NCBI GenBank assembly: GCA_951406725.2
Contig: OX597820.1
Span: 113,212,001-113,276,000 of the forward strand
Length of the DNA: 64,000 nucleotides
Reading direction: 5' to 3'
DNA from: Octopus vulgaris
Lineage: Eukaryota
Within the stretch, counting starts at the first letter, position 1. Every line of letters begins with the position of its first letter. Of the stretch, positions 39,665 through 53,233 are shown piece by piece. The notes under the pieces were generated by a model. The model saw nothing but the letters and a program-made list of their open reading frames with translations. It had not been told where the DNA came from and searched no databases. The position numbers and the translations under genes were made by a program.

Positions 39665-40046
39665 CTTGTAGAGAGAGATATATACATATGTATAAGTGGA
39701 TGAGGAGGAAATGAGTGAGAGAACATGTGTGTTTGTGTATATGTATGAGTGTGCGTGTGAGTGTGTGTGTGAGTGTGTGTGTGTGTGAGTGTTTGCGTTT
39801 GTATCCGTGGGTAAAGAGATAGAAAGGAAGGGAGAGGGGAGCGGTAGATGGATTTCATTTAGGCCTGCTCGAACCCTGGGGAGTTCTAGGAACTGTTGGC
39901 GTTTGTCTACTCTAGCGCCACTAAATGTGTGTCGGCGGGTAGGTAGGTCATATATTATACCTTTTATGATTCTGAAAACGGTCAAAGGAAATTAAAAATA
40001 AAAATAAAATAAGGGAGGAAGATGAGGAGAGAAGAAAAAAAAATAC

Positions 40047-40078
<32 letters not shown>

Positions 40079-40684
40079 ATGGGTGTGTATATTTATATAT
40101 ATATATGTAGATATATGTGCGTGTGTTTGCGTGTTTGCATGTATGTGTATATGTATTTGTATATATATGTGTATGTATATATATGTATATGTATGTGTGT
40201 GTATGTGTATGTGTATATATATATATATATATGTGCTAGTATATTTATATGTATGTATGTGTGTGTCTGTATGTATATACATGGGCATATGTATATGTAT
40301 GTGTATGGATATTCGTATGTGTATGTATGTGGGTTTGTAAGTATATTTATTTTATATGTTCTTTTATGTATACTTATCTACTTCTTCCCTCCACTTAATA
40401 ACAACAACAACAAACTGACTAAAAGCGATAGTCTTCTAATTTACCTAAAATTCTATTCAATTATTCTATTTATTCATTTATTTACTTTATCACTGATTCT
40501 TTTGACCACTCCCCAAAGAAAGACAGTTTGTGCCCTGCTTACCCAAAATGTCCCCCACAACCACCCCATTAAATCTGCCTAAATGTATAAATGCCAGAAC
40601 TTATTTTGACAGCAAGCTTCCTGATGATTTCATTTGAATGAGACAGTTCTAGTCGTGTAGAAGCTCCTTCTATAAAATAAATAA

Positions 40685-40726
<42 letters not shown>

Positions 40727-40727
<1 letters not shown>

Positions 40728-40930
40728 GGTATGTAGAAAAATACAACATGGACAAGAACGTATAACTCTTAGAAGACGATACAATAAACACGGACAGGAC
40801 ATTCGAAACCCTCAGTCTTCAGTCAAGAACCGGATCATCGTAGTAATTTCGGCTGATTAATCTTGAGATTACTAGATCAGGCCAGCCCTCCAAGAAAAAC
40901 TAAGCAACGAGCATTAGAAAAACTAAGCTG
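40727..40930 (-). repeat. Dispersed repeat; opposite-strand copy at 49310-49500
   Basis: AATCTCAAGATTAATCAGCCGAAATT and GTTCTTGACTGA blocks are shared. Confidence 0.7.
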
Positions 40931-41182
40931 GAAGCGTAGATTTCCTGGAAGAAGGATCGAATGCATACGAACACCAGGACAGCAAAAGGGACAGATAAAA
41001 AAAAAAAAAAAAAAAACAATAATGGAATACAGAAACATGAAATACAGAAGCATTAACGGTGAAAACAACAAGTGTCTTACGACTGATAACAAGCAAACAA
41101 ATTTTTTCTCTGGCGCATTGGAAGGAGCCTTTATAGCGGAAGAGAGAGAGAAGGGGACAGATCAAGTAAAAATGAGAGAGAG

Positions 41183-41216
<34 letters not shown>

Positions 41217-41494
41217 AATTATGTATGTATGCATATATTTGTATATATATAATATATATATGTAGTTATAAGTATGTGTGTGTGTGTGTATATGTGTGTG
41301 TGTACATGCATATATATGTATATATGTATGTGTGTGTATGTATATATATATATATATAGTTCGTATTTGTATTTAGTTTGCAAGATTCTTGATGTGAATT
41401 CGTGTTTTATTATTACCGGTATAATAGCCCTCCCATGGTTCAATAGTGTATATATACATATATGCATGCATATATAAGTGTATGTGCGTTTGTG

Positions 41495-41538
<44 letters not shown>

Positions 41539-42683
41539 TGTGTATGTACCTTATGTAATTGGATCACGGCCCATGTACAAGATTTTTCAGAAGTTCAACG
41601 TGCAATGATTCGCCGTTGATATTATCTAAATTTCACCAATAGCCATGTTGTGTATTTATTAGATTCACCCTTCTAGATAATTAAAAAAGGAAGATACTGC
41701 ACATATTTACAGATACACATATAACTACATGCATCGTTACATACATAAAAAGTAAAACACACGTACGCATACATGTTTACTTATATATATATACAAATGA
41801 AAGTTAAATATAAAAATATGCATGTACACGCGTAAATATGAGCGCACATACGAAGATTGTTATGAATTTATGTTAGATCAATAATACTACGAACATTGAT
41901 TAGATGCCATAATCACACACACACCCATAAGATATACAGCACAACCACCCTCCTCCAAGTGGTTGCCTGAAACCTTGGAGAAATTGAGTAAAAAGACATT
42001 TATAAAGAACTATTTTAAATTCCGTAACTTGTCTATTTTTCTTATAAATTTACATTTGTATCGTTAGTGAATGGTACTTTTGGTCGTTCATGTGGCTGTT
42101 GCTTAGTGCCTGGTAATATCACTATCATGATTGAGCAGGCCTATAACACTATAACTAAATTTCAAATTTTTTGGCTTTGGGCAGTAAGTGTTATTTCCTA
42201 TTTGCTTCTATCTAGAAATCAAAGGAAATTACTACTATTCTCTTCAAACATTGCTTTTGTCCCCTGGACACCAATGTTTTGAAACTGACCTGTTTTCTAT
42301 TACGTTTCAGACAGCTTCAGCGCTGAGTTGCTGAAGCAGAAATATCGTTACAGCAAATATTCTGCTCAATACCACAGATTTGCTTGTCAATTGCTTGGCC
42401 CTAATCATTTGAGCATGTCCCTTAGTGGCTTGACAATATGTACATCTCTGATGATAAGCAGGAGTAGTTAGGGGCATCATAGCCATGTGTTGAGAAGGAT
42501 TCTTTGAGGTTAGAATAAATGTAACAAAAGTAAAGTTTGAAGAAAATATTAGTCATACGTTCTAGGGTAAGCAAATAGGACATAATACTTGCTACCCAAG
42601 GACAAAAGTCATGTTACAGAGTGTAATCAAAAGCATTCCATCCATGACCATGGTGTCGTTTTTCTTCCAAGTATCATTTATTT

Positions 42684-42896
42684 GTGCTACTTTAGCGTGA
42701 GGTCTGCTGCAGTGTCTGTGGTTAGTATAAGCTGTTAAGTGGCCTGACCTTGGTTAGGATTAGATTTATGGTTTAGAGTTTGGGTAAGGTTGGGCGTCAG
42801 AGTTAGGATTAGAGTTTACGATTAAGGTTAGAGTTAGTGTTAGATTGCACGCTAAAGTGTAAATGACCAAGTGGGCCGCACGCTAAAATGACACTC
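42684..42896. mobile_element. Old MITE-like element with degenerate TTAGGG-like hexamers
   Basis: Ends GTGCTACTTTAGCGTG / CACGCTAAAATGACAC. Interior of GGTTAG, GATTAG and AGTTAG hexamers. Confidence 0.5.
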
Positions 42897-43544
42897 ATGT
42901 ATTTAATTTTAAAAGATTTCATGTGTAATTTTGGTGTGACTTGGCTGCTCTTCCTAACAAATCAAGAAATCATATAAAAAGTTCCTTTATTGGTTTCTAG
43001 TTATTTTAATATGTGTTCAAACATGAATCTTCAAAAGTTGGTGCTTGCGACCAAACGAGATGAGATAACACCTATTCCATAAATTCAATGTTAGAAGAAA
43101 AATAAAAATGAAAATATTGAAGTATTTTCTAAACTTCAATAAATTTCATATAGTTTAGTTGTCAACATTCCAACGATCGAGTACAATTTTTTATAGGGAA
43201 AATGTTAATTTGAAGAGACATCCAAATATACACATTTTATTACTAACGAATGCCTACTAACAAATAAGCGTAAATATATAAATACGTGCTTACACATACT
43301 CACACACAGACATGCCCACAGTCATGCTCATACACACACGCACATACATGTATAAATACCGTTGTGTACATACACAATTTATATTCACATAATATGTATG
43401 TGTGTATATCAGTATATATATATACACATATATATATATACACACACACACACTTATATATATATATATATATATGTATGTATATATTTCAAATGTAATG
43501 AATGTTTGTACATATACATGTCTACCAATATGTGTATGCATGTT

Positions 43545-43715
43545 TATGTGTGTTGGTTTGTTTATGTCCCCGTAACTTAGCGGTTCGGCAAAAGGCAGCG
43601 ATAAAATAAGTACCAGGCTTTAACAAAATGAGTGTCAGTTTGTTCCGACTAAACCCTTCAAGGTTGTGCTCCAGCATCGCCGCAATCCAATGACTGGAAG
43701 AGGTAAAAAATAAAA
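43545..43715 (+). mobile_element. 3' half of a family C SINE
   Basis: CCCGTAACTTAGCGGTTCGGCAAAAG...GTGCTCCAGCAT. Confidence 0.8.
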
Positions 43716-43809
43716 GGTAACCAGGATACGCACATATATATACACACAACAAATCACGGTGCATTATGGTATAATTTCTAATAACTGAGAGGGCGCTTTA
43801 GCTTCAACT

Positions 43810-45900
43810 GATACAAGGTAAAACAAGATATTCTAGAAAGAAGCAATTAAAGCATGAAATTGAGGGACCAGGCAGAATGGGTCATAGAACAACTTAATTA
43901 AGAAAAGAATTAGCAAGATGCGATTTAGTTTGGGTCTGCTCCAGGACGGGGCCCCACTGAGGCATTTTCCACAGTGACATAACTATGTAAGGATTTTTTA
44001 AAAACTAAGAACACGTTACTATCATTCGTTAACGTGGAGAAATCTTTGACTGTATTTCCGGATCTATAGCCGAGCGATCGCTAAAAAACTGTACGTAGAT
44101 TAATGGGATTATGGGAACCGTACAAGTCATATATAATATGTCTACTATCAGCATGGTAAGAGCTAGCAACAAGTGCAATTAGAGATACGAGGAGGTGCCC
44201 AAAAGTAACTGGAAACGTTCTGTGTGGGACAAACCCGTTGTTGTTCAGGTTTCCGCCGTTAGAAACCACTTGATGCGACCCTCTGTCATCCGTTTGCCGA
44301 CCGCGTTGTCGTGTGAAGTCGTACAGTCATGTGGTGCGTCTTTGATTTGCAGTGCTTCTCCCATGTTCGTCGATTTTTGCGATGGCTAAAACGAAGGAAC
44401 AGCGTGCTTCCGTGAAAACGGCGGCCATGAACAAAACACAAGTTTAAGAGTGGTTTTCATGCTTTAGGAACGGTTCCTTGTCGTTTGAAGACCAACCTCG
44501 TTCAGGGCAACTGTTGGCCTCTCGAACGAATGGAAACATCACAAAATTTCATAAACTGATCTTGAAGGACCGTCACCGAACAATTGACGAACTTGTAGAT
44601 ATGACCGGTGTGTCCTGGAGCTCCTACCAACGAATTTTTAGCGGGGAATTGCGAATAAAAAAAGCTGCAACAAAATTAGTGTCTCACTTGCTCACGGAAG
44701 ATCAAAAGCAGTTACGACTGAATGCGTGTCGTGAACTGAAACAACAGTTGGAAGTTGATCCGGACATTTTTTCGAAGACCATTACTGATGATGAAAGCAG
44801 CAATCAAGTCAATGGAAGTATCAAAAGCGCGACAAGTGAAGTTCATTGTCAAGACGATGTTGATTTGTTTCGTCGATGCGAAAGGAATTGTCCACACAGA
44901 ATTTGTTCCTCCTGGTCAAACTGTTAACCATTAATTTTACTTGGCAGTTCTGAAACATTTGTGAGACGCGGTGAGACGAAAACGCCCTGACCTGTGACAA
45001 AGTAGAGGGTGGTGGTTTTATTACGACAACGTGCCTGCACACACCACCTTGAGTGTGGAAGAGTTTTTGACCTCGCTTATCCACCCTCCATATTCACCCG
45101 ATCTTGCTCCTTGCGACTTTATTTTGTTCCCTCGAATTAAAAAGGTCGTTAAAGGAAAACGTTTTGCAGATGTGGAAGAGGTGAAGAAACAAAAAACGAC
45201 GGAGATGTTAACAGGCATCACTTCGCAAGAACCTCAGGACTGCTTCGGACAGTGGAAAACGTCTCTGGACCAATGTCTCGCTTCAAATAGAGAATTCTTT
45301 GAAGGTGATAAATGTGTAAACATGTAAAAGTAAGTGAATAAAATAATATTGCAAAATTCCGGTTTCTTTTGGGTACACAATCGTATAGCCGTGGAAGTTG
45401 GTGTTTATCAGGGTTCGCTTTTCAGCTCATTCTTGTTTAATATAATTCTCAAAGACATATCAGGGGAGTGTAGGAATGGCTAAGGGAACTCTTATATGCC
45501 GAAGACGTCGTTCTTGTAACTGAATTAAAGAGGTAAACATCCATTCTTGGAAGCAGATACTAGAATTCAAAGATTTAATATTAGCGAAGAGAAATGTTTT
45601 CGCTAAACTGAATAAAAGACGCCTGACCTGCAAAACTTCTACACTGTACATCTCAGGTAAACTTTAGACACATAAGAGACTCAATAGGATCAGAGGCAGG
45701 TTGGCAGAAAAAGAACTTCATACGTAGCAGATACTCAGGTGTTGTAAGAACACCGATGAACTAATTTCTTTCAAATGTTTATAATTCTTTATTTTCTCCT
45801 TAGTAACAGTGAATCACCACTGTTCCCAGGGTAACTTAATTAGCAGTGGTAAAGGATATTCTGAAAGCGAATTAGTCCGAGAAAGAACAAGAGGCAAAGT
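43810..45900 (+). pseudogene. Highly decayed RTE-clade LINE RT split by a mariner
   Basis: Residual YKGK..DILER and PGRGPTEAFS on the left of the mariner; VGVYQGSLFSSFLFNIIL and ELLYAED on the right. Confidence 0.6.
44188..45383 (+). mobile_element. Decayed mariner (DD34D-type) transposon, ~1.2 kb
   Basis: TA|CGAGGAGGTGCCCAAAAGTAACTGGAA ... TTCCGGTTTCTTTTGGGTACACAATCG|TA. Motifs EDQPRSG, ITDDE and HPPYSPDLAPCDFILFP, with stops and frameshifts. Confidence 0.92.
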
Positions 45901-46770
45901 AGAGAAGGGTTAAGTCAGTCAATTAAATCGACCCCAGTACATCACTGCTACTCTATTATCGATTTCTTAAAACGAGATAAAGATGGGTTCAAAAAGTGAA
46001 ATGGTGAAAAAAAATGGAAAAAGAAAGATTTTAGTTATCTCCCCTTCGTAAGAGTCGTAAGGGTAGATGGAGTAGAATCAGCGGAAGGGGGTCAAATTCC
46101 TCGGAGGAATTCGAATTTAGAACGTCAAAGCGTTGTTTCAATGAAATATTGCATGACATTTAGTTTAAGAGTTCTACTGATTCTCTCATTTACCATTAAT
46201 GGGCTTGGATCTTTTCAGAAAGCCTCTAAAAAGAAATCACAATATTTCAACACTGAAAACGATTAAAGCTAATGACCCGTTGGAAAATAACACTGATCGT
46301 TTGAGTATTCTCACTCCCCAACCCCCACTCCTCTCTCTCTCTCTCTTCTAATCCTTCACTCTTTTTCTCTATTTTTGTCTTTGGCTTTATTTGTTTCTCT
46401 CTCCCTTACCCCTTTCTTTGCCTCTCTCTTTGTCTTCGTGTCTTTCTCTTTTTATTGCATTTTGTATCGCTTCTCCCCCCCCCTCTCTCAATCTTGCATG
46501 AATTCCTTCCTTTAATTCATTCGGTAGGGTCAGCTTGTTTTAGCTTCCAAGGCAAAGACTATAATGGAACAACACCATTGGTTGTTTGACCTGCAAAGCA
46601 GATATCATGTCGGCATACATTATCTCTGTAGAGGAAACGTTTACAGAAGCGAAATCGCATGGCATTTTTTGACATGTATGAAGTGAAATTTTCATTGTCA
46701 AAGGTAATTTTCAATCAACGGAGATACTGCGTCTCATGCACAGCAAACACGCGCACGCACACATACTGAG

Positions 46771-46841
46771 ATACATACATGCATACATACATACATATAT
46801 ATACATACATACATACATACATACATACATACATACATACA

Positions 46842-46873
<32 letters not shown>

Positions 46874-47010
46874 CATACATACATACATACATGCATGCAT
46901 ACATACATACATACATACATGCGTACATGCATACATACATACATACATGCATACATACATACATACATACATACATACATACATACATACATACATACAT
47001 ACATACATAC
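46771..47010. repeat. (CATA)n microsatellite
   Basis: Seen directly. Confidence 0.97.
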
Positions 47011-47372
47011 GAAGAAGTTTGCAAAACCAGTACTCAAGATACACTAAGTACCAACCTGCCAGGAGCAAATTATGGCTGAACTTGGATTATTGAGGAGAGA
47101 ATGCAATCACTTAATACCAACGCTACACATAATCACTAAATTGGGGTCAATACACATCTGCAATACCTTTTTAAGATTCAAAGGATGGTTAACAGAACAA
47201 TAGGATTTCTTTTACAACATTGCTACCAAGTAGGTGGCTGGTCAAAATTAAGAGAAAAGGAATAAAGCAAAAATCACATAGACGAATGCATGCAATACAA
47301 ATCGCACACGTACACAGACACACTCATATATGCGTGAGCACAAGCGCATAAAATGGTTACGCTTTCTCACAT

Positions 47373-47439
<67 letters not shown>

Positions 47440-47460
47440 TTTATTTAAAAGCAGCAGAAA

Positions 47461-47519
47461 TTTAACAAAAGCTGTTACTCGGAATTTCACGTTCCCGTTC
47501 GTCGGACAGTTTTGTTAAA
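47461..47519 (-). ncRNA. Hammerhead-like motif, variant core CCGACGA, long stem I
   Basis: TTAACAAAACTGT-CCGACGA-ACGGGAACGT-GAAATTCCGAGT-A-ACAGCTTTTGTTAA, next to (TA)n. Confidence 0.55.
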
Positions 47520-47959
47520 ATAGAACCGATTGAACATTTTGGATCAAGACTAGCATAAGCGACACACCTTTAAAAATGGATTTGTTTCATTGGTCCTTTC
47601 AAATAACGGTCATATGCGAGCGATAAACAAAAATAAACAAAACAAATAAATGAGTTCAATATAAAATTATAAAAATCGAGGAAAAACCTTAAATCGAAGA
47701 TGCATATTATCATTAATTATGTAGAAAATATAATTCGATTAAGACATAAAAATTGAGTGCTTACTCCGGTATATATATATACGCTCGTACACCCATACAT
47801 CATCCATGCTCGTTTGCACACACTCGTGTGCATCCAAGCATTCACATACTCAATTATATGAGCGTATACACATACACATACTCTCGAGGAGGATGCCATA
47901 TTTGTTCACTCCTAACTTAATTGATGTCTTACGTAAACCACTTGAAACTGGGATTATTC

Positions 47960-49000
47960 CCAATCGTGTAAGCTGAGATTATTCGCATTATGGAGGAAAT
48001 ATGCAGAGAGTACGTAGTGGATAACTTTGACCTCTAATCGCGAAAATTGCCGGCTTAACGACTTCAGACAAGATGCCAGTGCGTGGTTAGCCTTTGTCTT
48101 TAATAGTATCATTGCAGCTTCTCGAATTTATGCAACTCGAGGCATATTTATTCAAGAAAGCATCAACCTTATGCGATTCATTATAGACAAGGATGTGTGA
48201 AAATCAGGAATCTATCGATTTGAATTAATCGAAAGATTTCAATATGGATGGCCATTAAAACCAAGACAAGATTAATTCCTGATCGTAGCCGAGATTGATT
48301 CCCCCATTAGGCGGGATTAGAGAACAACTGGATCTATTGGGTGGTCAACAGAAACCGTCTCCTGTTGAAATCACTTAATATATCACACCCGCTACCTCAA
48401 GTGTGCTCTGTCTCACAGATACTGTACGCTTAGGCTCTTAAGTTCTTGCTGCGACTTTAAACGTACTGAGGAATATTCGGCTGCGAAGGAGACAAGAGAA
48501 GTGTTTTTGAAAGACGTGATGAACATCATAGTATGGGAAATCAAGATGTTCTGCACCAAATTTGAAAGAGTATGAGCAGAAATATATGTTAACTCGAAAC
48601 GCCAAAGAGGTTGAACCATGCATTCGAGTTCTAGAGCGACCAGCATTTGTGGATGGACCTAAGCTTTGGTAAAAGTTCTAGGTGTCTCGTTGATTCAGGC
48701 ATACACATATATACCAAATGAATTGTTAATCTCACCCTCATTGAATAGAAGAAAACTAATTGCCGAAATTTGAGGAGCGGAGAAGATATATTACGATTCT
48801 TTGGTTGTTTATAACTAATTTCATACCGAAATATATATCAAAATAGATTGGAAGTATTCTTTCCAGAGAGATAAGTTCAGTTGGTTAAAAGCCCTATCTG
48901 TTGGCAACACCCACACAAGTGAAATTTTGCGATTTCTGTGGCTGAAAACAAATCATGCACTAAGGCTGCGAAATCTGCGGAGATTTCCTGAAGAACGACA
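47960..49000 (+). pseudogene. Very decayed L1/Tx1-like LINE RT relic
   Basis: Residual IDLN*SKDFN and a QVCSVSQILYA*ALK segment in the order expected for the LDQSKAFD and QGCPLSPLLYVLALEP motifs. Confidence 0.35.
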
Positions 49001-49061
49001 CTTATGGATCTATGAGTAGATATTATCATTTTATACGTATGTACTCGCGCAAACACGCGCG

Positions 49062-49127
<66 letters not shown>

Positions 49128-49514
49128 ATTGGATATCCCGCCCTCAGAGGAAGACAAATTGTTGGTCTTCTTCTATAGAGGCGGAGAGTTTGAAAAGGTG
49201 GTGGAAAAGCACCTTTAGCCTGCACACAGGATTCCGAATGGCCTCCGCAGATAGCTGTGGAGGTCATAACGTTGAACGTGACGTTTAGGCTGGAGGGACT
49301 CAATGAGAAATTCCTTGGGGCTGGCCAGATTGGAACAATCTCAAGATTAATCAGCCGAAATTGCGAGGAAGATCCTGTTCTTGACTGAGGATAAAAGGCT
49401 TCGAATGACCCGTCCTTGTTCTTTTGTATCGTCTATCTGGATGTTTTGTTGTTCCTTTTTGCATCACCTAGTTGTCCGGATGTTTTGCGTTCTTGTCCCA
49501 TATATACGATAAAT

Positions 49515-49900
49515 AAAAAACGAAGAAGAAACACAAAAAACAACAACGCGAGGACGTGGTACATGTAAAGTATTAGCAGACACTCATGGAAGGAAAGGTA
49601 GTTTTACGTTTCGAGCAAAGCTCTTCTTCAGAAACAGGAGACAGAGGAAAAGGAAGACGGAGGAAACAAAATCGCCAACGATTCCCGTGGTTACATTTCA
49701 ATATATATATATATATAGTTAATCCAAACAAGAAAACACAGAAAAAAACACAGAAAAAAACACAGCAACGCGAGGACGTGGAACAATTAAAGTATTATTT
49801 GACGCTCAGGAAAGAAGGGAAGGAGGGTTTAACGTTTCGAGCGGAGCTCTTCGTCGGAAACAAGAAGGAAAGATCCCAAGAAGGGAAGACAGAGGAAAAA
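49515..49900 (-). mobile_element. Two diverged tandem copies of a short hammerhead-bearing repeat
   Basis: 49601-49635 GTTT-CTGAAGA-AGAGCTTTGCTC-GAAACGT-A-AAAC; 49827-49861 GTTT-CCGACGA-AGAGCTCCGCTC-GAAACGT-T-AAAC. Confidence 0.75.
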
Positions 49901-49926
49901 TTATTTTTGCTGGTGGTGCTCAAGAG

Positions 49927-49965
<39 letters not shown>

Positions 49966-50498
49966 ATCAAAACAGTTTAATTAAAAATCGTTGGTACTCT
50001 TGAGTTTCAAGCGTGATGCTAGTCTTCAGCCATTTTGAATCTGAATGACAGAAGTTGTTTGTTATTATTGGGCTGCGAATAAACATGTGTGTGTGTGTAC
50101 ATGTGTATACATGTGTGTGTATGTGCGTGTATGTGTGTGCGCGCGCACACATGTTCGTTCATGTATGTGTGTATGTGTGTGTGTGTGTGAGTGTATGTAT
50201 TGGGTGAGCGTGCCCATCCATGTACAGATGCACACGCTCTGGACGCAAAACCATATGAGCGCATCTACACACCCACATATACAACTATATACTTGTACAT
50301 ACCCCGCTTCCTACTTCCCCTCCAACAACCCGACCGATTTCCTCTCCACCACGCGGTCGATTTCCTGTTCACTATGCTGTATTATCCAACTAAGTCTTAT
50401 CGATGTACCAACATCAAACCACGACATCGCGTAACCTTCCTCGACCAATCGCAGCCGATACGCTAATAACAATCAACTTCTGTCATTCAAATTCAAAA

Positions 50499-50539
50499 TG
50501 GCTGAAGACTAGCGTCACGCTTGAAACTGAAGAGTACCA
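50499..50539 (+). ncRNA. Type I hammerhead in the PLE pseudo-LTR (copies at 49992-50032 minus and 53674-53714 plus)
   Basis: TGG-CTGAAGA-CT-AGCG(TCA)CGCT-T-GAAACT(GAAG)AGT-A-CCA. Confidence 0.75.
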
Positions 50540-53090
50540 ACGAATTTGAATCAAACTTGTTGATCCATACATGTAACTCCCAATAAATCTTTCAGTACCC
50601 TTCTGTTGTTTGTCTACACATTCGTCCAGTTGTTCCAGACCGTGTTGAGCGTCATTCGCGAACGTCTGACCAACAGTTTGCAATGGAGAGACATCCACTA
50701 CCGTACTCATTGAGGAATATCCAAATACCTCCAAGGAAAATCTACTTGACGCGACTTACGGAGAAGACGGAAAGTATCATCAGACGCATGCGCTGGAAGG
50801 CTTCTTCTACGATAATCCATTCACCGGATTATCTACGGATAAATTCGGCTTCAAATCCCAAAAAATCCCCCCCCTCCACACGTATAAAAGACCTTCAGAA
50901 CTTCGAGACTGGCCTGTGGAACATTGTAAAGAAGATAAGGTTTCGGTATTATTCTAACACTTTCCTTAAATCCCTAAACGACAATATGATCAGCATTAAA
51001 CAATCACCCAACATACACACACACACACACAAAAACAGAGAACATTTATGAAATAAACACTTCCACTCACACAAAACTTGACAAGTGCCATCACCAAAAC
51101 GTACAAGGAAATCCGTAATTCCACATACAATGCCATAAAAATAGTGCAAAGAAGCTAGCCACCCGTCTTGATATAGAGGATCGAGTGGACTGCCTCGCCA
51201 CGCGACTGCCCTCACCCCAAACCCATATTATACTTAAGGACCATAACTCCAACTTCCTCTCCAGTCCCAAATGTAGGCTGATCAACCTCTCTAAAAGTGA
51301 GATAGGTATCATAGCAAACGTATTCTCTATACTATCAACTGCGATATCAGAAGGGCTATAGGGTTGACTCAATAGAACTACAGCGCTGCTGTGATCGACT
51401 GGTTCCGCTTTATTGAGAATAAATCAGCCTGCAGATTCACCCAGTTCGACATTATCGACTTCCATATCTAAGCCCTTCCTTCTGAAGGCCCTAACTTTTG
51501 CTGAGCAATACACCAGCATTACTGATCTTGATATCACAATTATCCTGAATGCCAGAAACCCAATTCTGGTCCACGACAATTCCTTATGGGTAAAGAAAGA
51601 AAGAGATCTGTTGTTTGATATCTCTATGGGGAGCTTTGACGGGGCTGAAATCACCGACCTCGACGGGTTATATATCTTGGATACCCTGAAGAGACATACC
51701 CATCCACATATGTCGGCCCTCTATAGGGACGACGGCCTGGCTATCTGAAGACATATGAACAACCATGCTATGGACAGGTTCAAGAAGGACTTGATAAAAG
51801 TATTTAAGGAGTTCGGCCTGTCCATAATGGTTACCACCAACCTGACTACGATGGATTTCTTAGACGTAACCTTAGACCAGAGTGCGGGCAAGTATTACCT
51901 GTACATGAAGCCTAACGAGGAAACACTATACATCCACAAGAGCTCAAACCATAGCCCCACTGTAATTAGAAACATGGTTTCAGGCATTAGCAAACAACTA
52001 TCTAATCTCTCAGCCAATAGAGAGATCTTTATCAGGGCTGCCTGATAAAGACACACAACACACACTACAACGATGCTTTGCCTTAGAGTGGGTTTACTGA
52101 GAAGCTCACATATGTATGAGGACAACCCCCAAACACCCTCTCTCACCCCAAACGAATTAGGAAAAGGAAAATAATATGGTATAACCTCCACCCCCTTTCA
52201 ACCTAGAAGTTTCCATCAACAAAGCTAGGGGTTGTCGTTAAGAAACACTTCCCCAGAGACCACAACTACTAGAAACTCTCCAACCCCATAATGTCAAAGT
52301 AAGCTACTCCTGCTTAGATAACATTGTATCTAACTTCGCATGCATCAACAGACGTAAAAATGCCCCCGCACCATTCCCAACCCCAACCTGCAACTGTCGA
52401 AACCCCACCATCTGCCCTCTACATGGATCCTGCATCTGAAGGGCCATATTATACAGAGCCACCCTTACACCATCTGATGGCATTACAAGGAACTATACAA
52501 GCATAACAGCTAATGACTTCAAGGGAAGACACTTCCAGCATATGCACTTGTTCAGATCTAGGGACAGAGAGAACTCTTCTTCCTTGTCTCTGGAGATTCC
52601 ATGACCTCTGAGATGAAACACCCAGTATCAAGTTGGACTATTGTCAACAGAGAGCCACCATAACCAGCCGGCGCCCCCAACAGCCAGCTCTGTCACTGCA
52701 AAATCCTACATATCCTCCAACAACCCGCAGTATCCATCAACAAGAAATACAATTTATCTTATTGCTGTCACCAGAGGTATGCCCTTCTGGCAAATTACAA
52801 GCCACTGCCGACAGCCTGGATATACCACCTTAGTACCAGCTGCTATTCTACACCATCTGCACCAAGGTCACCACCACCAATCAACTCCATGAACAGGACC
52901 GCTAATTACCAATCCCCAATGCTTACCAACCCCCAACACTTACCAATTCCCAACGTTTACCAATTCTCAACGTTTACCAAGCCCCAATGCTTGTTATGCG
53001 CATGCATTCTCATGCATGCACATGCGCTAGTACGCATCTGCACGCACACACTGATATACATGCGTACATGCATGTATGCATATATACATA

Positions 53091-53233
53091 TAGGGTTGAC
53101 CAAAAGTCGCTTGACAGTAAATCAAAACCATTTGATTCTAAGATTTATCTATTTTCAACAACTGAATGAATTTTAAAAAAGCATCTATTTATGAAATTTT
53201 GATTTACTGTCGGGTGACTTTTGGCCATCCCTA
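53091..53233. mobile_element. 143-bp Tc1/mariner-type MITE nested in the PLE 3' region
   Basis: ~37-bp imperfect TIRs TAGGGTTGACCAAAAGTCGCTTGACAGTAAATCAAAA / TTTTGATTTACTGTCGGGTGACTTTTGGCCATCCCTA, with TA flanks. Confidence 0.8.

Larger units (their letters stand above)
37066..40681 (+). mobile_element. 5'-truncated Penelope-like element with inverted 5' pseudo-LTR
   Basis: 37135-37600 is a near-perfect reverse complement of 40220-40681, and both carry a hammerhead motif. Endonuclease C-terminus at 37685-37915. Degenerate (TA/TG) microsatellite interior. Confidence 0.85.

Noticed and set aside
42745-42850. Interstitial telomere or fusion scar
   Set aside because: The hexamers are highly degenerate and enclosed by inverted ends, consistent with an old MITE.
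51746-51748. In-frame TGA just after YRDDGLAI, suggesting selenocysteine as in some Naiad PLEs
   Set aside because: The element has many frameshifts and TAG/TAA stops, a C-terminal endonuclease layout unlike Naiads, and no evident SECIS. Ordinary decay is the simplest explanation.
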